NCBI RefSeq assembly: GCF_009914755.1
Contig: NC_060927.1
Strand: one strand, 5' to 3'
Origin: the human T2T-CHM13v2.0 reference genome, Homo sapiens
Length of the DNA stretch: 64,000 bases
The translations under genes were made by a program, and so were the position numbers. Under the pieces are notes generated by a model. The model was not told where the DNA came from. It did no database searches and saw only the letters and a program-made list of their open reading frames with translations. Of the stretch, positions 53,540-64,000 are shown one piece after another. Position 1 is the first letter of the stretch. Every line of letters begins with the position of its first letter.

Positions 53540-55019
53540 GTGCCTAACATGTGTCAGGCTATTTTTATACATTTAGGCTATGCCAGTGAATGAAAGAAAA
53601 ACCAACAAAATTCAATACCCTGTGGAGCTTATATTTTAGAGAGAAGAAGCTATATATTCTTAGAATTACAAAATGACAAAGACCCAACTGAAAGTTTTAG
53701 TTTCGCTGACACACTCCTCATTCAGTTATTAAAATATACTTCACATATCAGAATGGTCACTTTTGTAATACAAAAGAAATGTAAAAAAGTGTAGTACAAA
53801 AGTGTAATTTCATTTGGCACCCATGTCAAGAAAAAGAATCTGAAATAATATGTAAATTTCAAGTATAAAGAGAATAAAATGTGGCACACTAGCATATTAA
53901 GAGCAATGCACTGGATCAGGCATTCACTCTGCCACCATGCCCATGAGCAAGCTACAGTTTCAGGTAGCTTCTTTTCAGAGTCAGAAGACCTCTAAAATTC
54001 TTTATCTGGAGCATCCTGACAGATTCAAATATGCATAATACATCCTTAATATTTGTGATGTGTGTTAGTCAATTAGACACACTGAAGAGACACATACCAG
54101 AACAGATTAGCTAGCTAGCTTTTACAGAGCAACTGCCAAAGTTTAAGACATTTCAACATCCTCAAATTTAAGAGTCCCATTTAGCTTTCTGGCACAATAG
54201 GAAAGGCTCCTGTCTTATATCTGGGTAAAATGGATGATAAGTTCTAGCAATTTATAGGCATTCTTTAAATATATCAACACCATGATTGATGTCATAAAAT
54301 GTTTATACCTCAAGAAAATTTTAATACTAGCCAAAAAGTTTAGGCACTTAAAAGTGACCAATGACGGATTCTCCAGCAGAGTAGTATTCACTCTGGGAAC
54401 AGGATTTACTACTGAAAGCAGGCATAAAAGCCCTTAAAACGAATCTGTTACCTGGAGGTAATCTATCACAGTCCTCCATTCTTAAGCCTCATAACTATGG
54501 CTTCGGCTTTGCCTCCCAACAACGTAGAATGTTCAAAACATGTGAAACTCCATTTAAGTGAGTCTTTGAAGTGCAATGAAAATGGAAAGAGTAATGTGAA
54601 AAGCTAAACATAAATAGTAAATCACTACCACTGACTTCCTTTATATAGTGACTAAAAGTGGTCACTTATTGTGTTAAATCCTATTACAATCAGCAATGTA
54701 AATGACAGAAATAATTTATATAAATAATTAAAAAGTTACCAGTTTTTGTTTCCTTCTTTCATGAACCAAATTCCTACATGGTAATAAGAACTGGGATGGA
54801 ATGATAAGCTCTTTCCTACTCCTGAGGCTTATACGCTAATGGCAGATACACAAGTGTACATACAAGATGTATGCCTGGGAAATGACCAGTCTTTCTGAGG
54901 AAGCACCTGACTATACATAGCCTAAGATTTCAAGACTTTTCTTCTTTATATAAAAATAGTCAATAAATGTTACTGTTCTTACGATTATTATCCTGGAACA
55001 AGGTGAAACAGATTCTCAA

Positions 55020-56330
55020 GTTCACAAGGAAATGTTAATCAATGGTAGTCACTGAAAAGCTTGACAAAAAAGCAGTGAGGGGCTTACCAGCCCTATTTTT
55101 ATTTACACAAAGTATAAAGTGCCAACATTAACAACAATATGATGATGGCACACAAGCAGACCAAAAGAGAAGAAAAGTAAAATAAACATATGAATTTGGT
55201 CTGTGACAATGGTGGCATCTCAAATCAATGGGAGAAAATATGGACTATTCAAAAAGTGGTAGTAGGACAATAGGGAGCCATCTGGAAAAAAGTAAAGTGG
55301 AATTTATATCAGGATCAACTGCACAAGGATCAGAGCTTTCCACGGAAAAGTAATGAAACCACAGCAAGTATCCAAAGAAAACATGAGACATTCCTTTGCA
55401 TGGGAACGTCATTTTTGGCTATGATTTAGAATACAGAAGCATTAAAAATTAAACTATGTAAGAACAACAACAAAAAAACAGTTCTGTTTGACACACCACA
55501 CCAAAAACAAAAGACAAAAGACAAACTAGGAAAAATGTTTGGAACTCATTAATTACAGAGACTATAAAGCTTACAAGGAACTCCCAAGAAATCAACAAGC
55601 CGTAGAAAAATGGGCAAACACTTTACAGAAAGGAAACACAAACTGCTCTTACAACAAAATGCTTACCCTTGCTCTCAGAGAAATTCAAATTGAACCTTCA
55701 ATGTAATATATTTCACTTATCAGATCAGCAAACATCAGGTTTGATACTACATTGCCTGTCAGGCCATGATGAAACAATAAAAATAAGTACAAACACCTTA
55801 AGTATTTTGAAAATAACTCGCCTCCCGGGTTCCAGTGATTCTCCTGCCTCAGCGTCCCAAGTAGCTGGGATTACAGGCACCCGCCACCATGCCCGGCTAA
55901 TTTTTGTATATTTAGTAGAGACGGGGTTTCACCATTTTGGCCAGGCTGGTCTTGAACTCCTCACCTTGTGATCCACCCGCCTCAGCCTCCCAAAGTGCTG
56001 GGATTACAGGCGTGAGCCACTGTGCCTGGCCTCAAAATTATTTTTAAAACTGACAGAATTATAAATGCATTTACCCTGTAAGCCAATAACCTCACTCTTT
56101 AAAAGTTATCATAAATATTTACCTATATAAAAGGTCATTTGTACATGTTATTTAGTACAGATCTATCATCAGTATGGGACTGGTTATACAGTGTATCCAT
56201 ACAAAAGAATTCCAAGCAGCTTTAAGAATGAGCAATGCTCTATAAACTAATACAAAAGAATCTCCTATAAGATACACCGTTAAGAAAAAGGTACGTATCC
56301 TTCTGTATAAGAAAGAAATAAGAACATTTG
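55020..56330 (+). mobile_element. Degraded old L1 fragments with a partial reverse Alu (~55818-56031)
   Basis: A-rich L1 ORF2-like motifs (ggactattcaaaaagtggtagtaggacaatagg); Alu segment recognisable. Confidence 0.6.
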
Positions 56331-58126
56331 TATCTAGATAAAATTAGGAGGAGATTTAAACACTAATCTGGGAGATTACGTATGAGACCCCTGCCCTTCC
56401 AAATTCATGCTCAGTTCCTCCCTGCTCTACGCAATAAACAGGAACAACCATGGCTAAGTTCAACAGAGGCCAGAAAGATGAGACTCATTACTTTCTTAGT
56501 ATCTGTTTCCCATTTGACTTATCTTTACATTTCATACTCAACTCTTTTCTGATTAACATAGTAAGCCTTGATATATGAATAAGCAGATGGTCTGGGCAAG
56601 CAGGGAATATACTTAGAAACATTTAAGTCATACTCCAAACAGGTTTAAACAAAATTTCCTCTTTTTTTTTGAGGAGGATTTTTACTGTAGGGGGATTCTC
56701 AAATCCCCCTACAGTAAACCAGTGAATAGAGAAAGGCACTGTGATGGGAAAAGAAGTAAACAGTTTCAGAGCTCAAATTCCAGAACAAGAAATGTCTCTA
56801 GATGGAGTGGGTTTTGAAAGTGTTTCCTAATTACACTGGCCTAACTCCTTAATCATGAGAGACACGTGCTGAATCTTCTCTAATGCTTCCTTGTCAGAAT
56901 GGTAGATAACACAGAACACTTCCAGAAGCTTAAATAATTTTATTTCATGTCATTTGAGATGTTTAGGTTTCCACGGCAAATGCTGTGTGCAGTTTCAAAG
57001 TTAATTGAATATATCTCAGGAAGACTACAATCCTCGATACTTTAAGTTCCTTTTCTGCAGGAAAAGTGCGCGGCAACCTTATTAGCTTGAGTTAGCTTAG
57101 TTATGTAAGCATCTCCCAACTCTGACCATTTTAACTACTACTCAGACACAGAGACAGAAGACACATATGCAGTACTTCAGATTATGGTGGGATGGACAAA
57201 TCAGATACAAGCAAGCTCTATGAAGACAGGAATGAACTGAACCTTGTATCTGTCTAAAGACAAACACTGTTACATAATCCAGCCCTCATGGTAAGCTAGC
57301 GTCCCACTAAAGGTGCAGCATGCCAAACCACTCAGATGGTCCCACTGCATACGGAGTTCCCACCAAAGATATCTGCCATCCCCTTTCCCTGTTAGATTCC
57401 TTTTTGATGCACACAGAATGGCTCTAAGTGGTCTCTCTAAAGCAGAACAGAGTTTGTAGGTCACCTGGAGTCCAAAATAGATCAGCTAGCGGTTTCTCTT
57501 GGCCTAGTGATCTAGATTCCAAATTTCAGAACCTAAGAAACTCTATCAACGTTTAAGCAAGGGAACCCTGTAGATAACCTGACGTATATGGGATGGAGTT
57601 ATTTGTATCACCTAAAACCTTTTAGGCCTTCTCATTCCTTAGCATCGTCTCTTTAGCCCTTGGCAACTCTGAATATGAAAATAACCAAGGGCTAATTAAG
57701 ACAAGAGGAAAAATTCAGAGGATCTGAACCCAGGCAAATATGTGCTTCTTTGGTCTTCCCAGCTCTATCTTTTCTTGTCTTATTAAGCCAGTGGCAACCC
57801 AGTTGCATGGGCCAAATTCGGAATGTAATGTAAACAAGATGCTTTAACCATAGAACAGGAAGAATTTAAGTAGTAACTCACATAAAAAATAAATTTAAAA
57901 AGCAGTCTTACTTGCTTAGCCCAAGTTCAGGTTTAAGACTGCAGGATCCTACAGGCAGGTCACAGAACTAGCTGTACAGAGCACTTGAGTCAGGAATTAA
58001 CTACCACTGCTCTCACTCTATACTTAGAACTTTGCAAAGAAGCGTTAATTTAGGATTTTTAATGGTTAAGAATTTTTAAGCCATCTTGGTGCCGAAGAAC
58101 TATTCTATATACCCAAATACTTAATA

Positions 58127-60116
58127 CAGGCATACTGTGATTCACAGATACTGCCTTTAAAAACAAACAAACAAAAAAAAAATTGAAGATTTCTGGCAAC
58201 CCTGTTTCAAGCAAGTCTATCAAGCCATTTTTCCAACAGCATGTGCTAACTACCTGCCTGTGCCATATTTTGGTAATTCTCACAATATTTCACACTTTTT
58301 CATTGTTATATCTGTTATGATGATTTGTGATTAGTGAACTTTGATGTTATTACTGTAACTGTTTTGGGGCACCACAAACTGCACCCATTTAAGACAGTAA
58401 ACTTAACAAATGTGTTTTGATTGCTCCACTGACGAGCCCCTCCATCTCTCTCCCTCTCCTCAGGCTTCCCTATTTCTTTGAGACACAACAATATTGAAAC
58501 TAGGCTAATTAATAACTTTACAATGGCTTCTAAGTGCTCAAGTGAAAAGAAGAGTAGTCAAGCATCTCTCACTTTAAATCAAAAGCTAAAAATGATAAAG
58601 CTTAGTTAGAAACACATGTCAAAGCTGAAAGAGGCCAAACGCTAGGCCTCCTGGGGCAAACAGCAAAGCTGTGAATATGAAATGCTACTCTGGTGAAAGC
58701 CAAAAAGTCTTATTACTGATATGGAGAAAGTTTTAATGGTCTGGACAGAAGATCAAACCAGCCACAAATTTCCGTTGAGCCAAAGCCTAATCCAGAGAAA
58801 GTCCCTAAGTCTCCTTTCAGGGGCTAATAGCTGGTGACTTTAAGTTAAAGCCAATGCTCACTGGCCATTCCAAAAATCCTAGGGCCCTTTAAGAATGCTA
58901 AATCTACTCTGCCTGTGCTCTGTAGTAAATGGAACAAAGTCTGGATGACAGAACATCTGTTTAGATAATGGTTTACTGAATATTTTAAGCCTGCTGTTGA
59001 GACCTACTGCTCAGAAAAGACTCTTTATAATTATTACTGCTCATTGACAATGTACATGGTCACCCAGAAGTTTTGATGGGAGACATACAAGGAGATTAAT
59101 GCTGTTTTCATGCTTGGTAACAAAATTTCCATTCTGTGACCCATGGATCAAGGAGTAATTTAAACTTTCAAATCTTATTATTTAAGAAATACATTTTTCA
59201 TAGGCTATAGCTGCCACAGATAGTGATTCCTCTGATGGATCTGGAAAAAGTAAATTGAAAACCTTCTGAAAAAGAGTCACCATTCTAGGTGCCATTAAGA
59301 ATAATCATGATTCATGGGAGGTGGTGAAAATATCAACCTTAACAGGAATTTAGAAGAAGTTTACTCCAACCCTCATGGATGACGATTTTGAGGGTTTCAA
59401 GCCTTCAGTTAAGTAACTGCAGATGTGACAGAAACAAAAAGAGAACTAAAGTTAGAAGTGGAACCCACAGATAGGACTGAATTGCTGTGATCTCATGATC
59501 AAACATGGATTAGGAGTTGCTTCTTATGGATGAGCAAATAAAGTGGTTTCTTGAGAAGAAATCTACTGCTGAAGATGTTGTGAATGTTGAAATGACACAA
59601 AGAATTCAGAATATTACATAAACTTAGTTGATAAAGCAGCAGCAAGTTCTGACAGGACTGACTCCAATTTTGAAAGTTCTGTTGTGGCTTAAATGCTATC
59701 AAACAGCGCCGCATGCTAAAGAGGGATCTTTTGTGAAAGGAAGAGTCAATCTGTGGGGCAAACTTCATTGCTGTCTTAAGAAATTGCTGTAGTCACCCCA
59801 ACCTTCAGCAACCACTACCCTGATTAGTCAGCAGCCATCAACAGCAAAACAAGACTATCCACCAGCAAAAAAGATTATGATTCACTGAAGGCTCAGATGC
59901 TTGTATTTTTTAGCAATAAAGTATTTTTTTATTTAAGGTATGTACACTGTTTTTTAGATAGAATCTTATTGTACACATGATAGACTACAGTATTGTGTGA
60001 ATAAAACTTTTATATGCAGTGGGAAACCAAAAAACTCATGAGACTAACTTTATTGTGATACTTGTTTTATTGCAGCAGTTTGAAACTGAACCTGCAATAT
60101 CTCCGTGGTATGCCTG
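58127..60116 (+). mobile_element. Tigger1 DNA transposon, internally deleted, both ends present
   Basis: TA|CAGGCATAC ... GTATGCCTG|TA termini; decayed transposase sequence inside. Confidence 0.9.
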
Positions 60117-60445
60117 TACCCCCTGAAAAAAAATCTCTAGTATGAAATACATCACTACGTGAATATTCAGATGACACATAGGGAACAACTTGATGCAGTT
60201 ACCTTGCCACGTATTTCAGTAGCAAACCAGTGCCAAACATACTTTTAGGCACTAAATGACTTAATATATTCCAAATCTACTCCTTGGGGGCCACATACTG
60301 ACAGTGATCACTGACATACTTATTTCAACAGTAACATTTAAAATGACTATGGGAGCAAAATTTCTCACAGTTCAGTTAAAAGAAACAAGGGTAAACATGT
60401 ATTTAAAGTGTCTGCATCTGGTATGGGGAAGAAAGTATTGCACGG

Positions 60446-60819
60446 TGATATGATCTGGCTGTGTCCCCACTCAAATCTCATCTTGAATTGTAACTCCCAC
60501 AATTCCCACATGTCATGGGAGGAACTCAGTGGGAGGTGACTGAATTATGGGGGCAGGTCTTTCCTGTGCTGTTCTTGTGATAGTGAATGAGTCTCATGAG
60601 ATCTGATGGTTTTAAAAATGGGAGTTTTCCTGTACAAGTTCTTTTTCCCTGCTGCCATCTATGTAAGACGTGACTTGCTCTTCCTTGACTTTCAACCTTC
60701 TGCCATGATTGTGAGGCCTCCCCAGCCATGTGGAACTTTAAGTCCAATAAACCTCTTTTTTTGTAAATTGCTCAGTCTTGGTTATGTCTTTATCGGCAGC
60801 GTGAAAATGGACTAATACA
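60446..60819. mobile_element. THE1 solo LTR (MaLR)
   Basis: tgatatgatctggctgtgtcccc...ggactaataca; no clear TSD. Confidence 0.88.
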
Positions 60820-61969
60820 GCTACACAAAAGCTGCCTGTTAACTAAAGGCAGTATCAATATTACTAAACGTTAAAAAATACTAGTTTCAAGGTTGTTTGG
60901 GAGTCTTAAAGCAGTCTAATTATATCTTCCTTATTAGAATCTTCCTTAGAAACACTAGTCAAAACACACTGTACCATGAAACAGATCAGTTAACTGAGAT
61001 AAAGACCAGGAAGTCTTATAGATACCTGGTTATAACCCTGATGCCCATCAAGTGCCCATTCTGCACAAGTTTTCGCTGAAAACTGGAGGAATTCTACTGC
61101 AAGAACAATAAAAATTCGGTACAGTGACTAGTATATAAGTCCACTTCATTAATTATCCATAATAATTTACATTAAATTAGGATTCTGTATTTACATTAAA
61201 ATATTAAATCCTCACCACTCAACAAAGGAATGATTAATAGAGAATTTTTAAGGTTACAGTGGAAACTGTCTTTCCATATTAAAAAAAAAAACTCAAAAAG
61301 CCCAATTATTCTAAATTTAGAAACTAGTAATCTTTTTCTTTAGGTAGCAATTATAAATATTAACTATACTTAAAATTGCACATCTCACAAACGAGTAGAA
61401 ACAGGCTCCCTCAATTTTTTTTCCCTATGACAATTATGATTTAGTCAAAGGATATAACATAGGAATTAGTGCCCAAACAAGCAACATTTTTAAAGAGCAC
61501 CTAGTCTCAAGTCAATTTCTGCGATGTCAACTGTATTTCATTAAAACACATAGCAAAAGAAACCTTTCTCTCTGGTTTGGAAGAAGGAAAACAGACTCTA
61601 CTTCTCTACTACTACTCTACCCCAAAAGAATCCTCCCTTCTTTAAGATAATGGATGTTTATAACTCAAGAGCCGAACATCTAATTTGATCATAGTTTAAT
61701 AAGCATTTCCCATGGAATTAAAAATCAAAAGCGATTAATATAGCTGATAAGCATAATAACAAGGATACCTTACAGCTGTGTGACATTTTATTGCTTTTGT
61801 AAACTGCTTTTACATAAAGTAGCTGCCTGTGCAATTTTTAGAGGATCAAATGTAGCTGGAATATTGCCATACAAGGTGGCTGGGTAATGAATCATGAAAG
61901 TTGTGTTTCTTTCTTAAAACAGGAAAAAAAACAACCTGTCTTCATTTTTTGAAGATGCATAAAAAATTA

Positions 61970-62182
<213 letters not shown>

Positions 62183-64000
62183 CTAACTCAAAACTATAAG
62201 TTTCTAAACAGTGATAATTTTAAATACCAAGATTTTCCAAGTTTTATCTTTTAAACATATTCATCAAATACTGATGTTAAGATACAGAAACTTTCAGAAA
62301 ATAATTTTATTTCATTAATCATACCAAAGTTAAAACCAAAGATAACCTAAGGTACGGATCTTCAATGTCACTGTGGAATGGAAAGGGAGATCTACACATT
62401 TCAGATAAATACAGAGTCTATAAATGAAACAAAGTTTTAAAAAAACCAACATACAACCAACTACTGCTTGATACTTCTACTTTCTTAAACATTCTTAAGA
62501 CACCCAAATTCTTCTATCCCCCCACTTCTTATGCTGCTTAACTCTTACATCTATCCTTTCTCATAAGTCATCTAATCTAAGTAGAGAAAGGAAGAGAAAA
62601 ATCAAGAATGCATTTACATGGATGAATTAAAATAACACTAGAGAGTTACATGCAACCTTTCTGTGTGCATTCCTTTTCACGTTCTTAAGAGTTTAACTGT
62701 ACAAAGGATCAAACTATAAATTAGATTTTTTCTTAAAAGTTATTTAAAATGTCATAATAAAGTCATTTCCAAAATGCTACTTGAGAATATCATAATTGCA
62801 AACATCTTATCATGAACTAGTGCAAACAGGAAGGTTGTATCTATGAGCTATCTTCCTGTGAGGCATTCTATCTCTTAGAGTGTAGCTTCTGAAATGTAGA
62901 ATATGTAACTATATTCAAATGCTAGTATATAACACTGTCAGACTGACAAAGTCAAATATATTAAAAGTCTCTGCTTTATTAGTTATACTTAAGACTGCTA
63001 AAGTAGTCTTTCATAATAACCACTGTTTGACCACAAGATATTATGGATGAAATTCTGACATTTTACTTATTTATTAGAAGGAAAAATAACTGAGTGTGTT
63101 AGAAAGTATCTAAGTTTAATTTAATGATAATAGTAGACTCACTCTACTAACTTTATTTCCTTCCTGCAAACTCATTAGAAATACTCAGAAAATTTGTCTA
63201 CATGACTTCGGAAAATGTTAAAAAATTTTACTATAGTCAAATTATGGTCAAGTGTTCTTATATTATTATTAGAGCTCATTAGAAACAAAATCTCAATTTT
63301 CTTCACCTGATTCATGAACACAAATAACTTGTTAATTACATTATGAAGGTAAAAGTATATACCATCCTATAGAAATTTTTAGAAATCTGATTCTTCAAGG
63401 TTATAGGTAACTGAATTAAGAACTATGCTTTACCCAACTATTGTATAAGATTTGATTATGATAAAAACAGTAACATTATTGATCCCCTGGCTTACAGATC
63501 ATGTTAATTAGTCTGCAGTACAAACTGTCTGAATTGCCTTGAAGGATTAAGGAATGCTCTCCTTTACCTGGTTAAACATGGCCAGGGTCCACTGCATATG
63601 CAGTGGCTGGTTCTTCTCCCAGCAGCTGAGTTTTGTTTTTAACATAAGCTAGTTTTTTTTCTTTCCAACTTGTTTATCACAGTTGTTTTGTGATTACAGC
63701 AACATAATTTATATAAATGTTATAAAAACCAGTGAAATATGACTTCAACAATAAAACTGCTTCAAGGAACATTAAGTTGAGACATAAACTGCTTTCAAAT
63801 TAGGTACAGACTACTCTAATAGTAGGAAAAAAACCGCACAAATCTGGAAAAATTCTGCACTCAAATTGCCTTGTGACTATCTTTAGAATCCCTCTTTAAA
63901 GAAAAACTAGCAGTATAAACTGTGGATAATGTACAATGAAAGTGCCAGAAAGTCTACAGTCATCTCCAATCTGCAGAACTGCTTCAATGGAAAGACCTTG

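Noticed and set aside
58127-60116. Tigger1 as a domesticated transposase gene
   Set aside because: Internally deleted; the ORF track shows no long plus-strand ORF.

Overview
Human genomic DNA that I recognise as chromosome 3p26.2, identified from the encoded proteins and from a human-specific L1 pre-Ta element. Three genes are present. (1) The promoter and two non-coding 5' exons of IL5RA lie on the minus strand (~2.9-4.8 kb); its coding exons are left of the window. (2) TRNT1 (CCA-adding tRNA nucleotidyltransferase) is complete on the plus strand: CpG-island promoter at ~21.2 kb, 8 exons, and a 1305-nt CDS (434 aa) that I assembled with GT-AG junctions and consistent phases. (3) CRBN (cereblon) exons 5-11 lie on the minus strand, tail-to-tail with TRNT1. 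The rest is mostly interspersed repeats (Alu, L1, L2/MIR, MaLR and ERV1 LTRs, Tigger1, MER2, MER1B). Nearly all ORFs in the supplied track are Alu/L1-derived or chance ORFs. I see no evidence of a new multi-gene system. The best unexplained signals are: a hairpin-embedded candidate poison exon in CRBN intron 5; a TSD-less pre-Ta L1 with an apparent 3' transduction in TRNT1 intron 2; a putative TRNT1 3'-UTR intron that would place its last exon antisense inside the CRBN 3' UTR; uORFs in TRNT1 and IL5RA; and several perfect palindromes and micro-duplications. Repeat subfamily calls are by eye and their boundaries are approximate.
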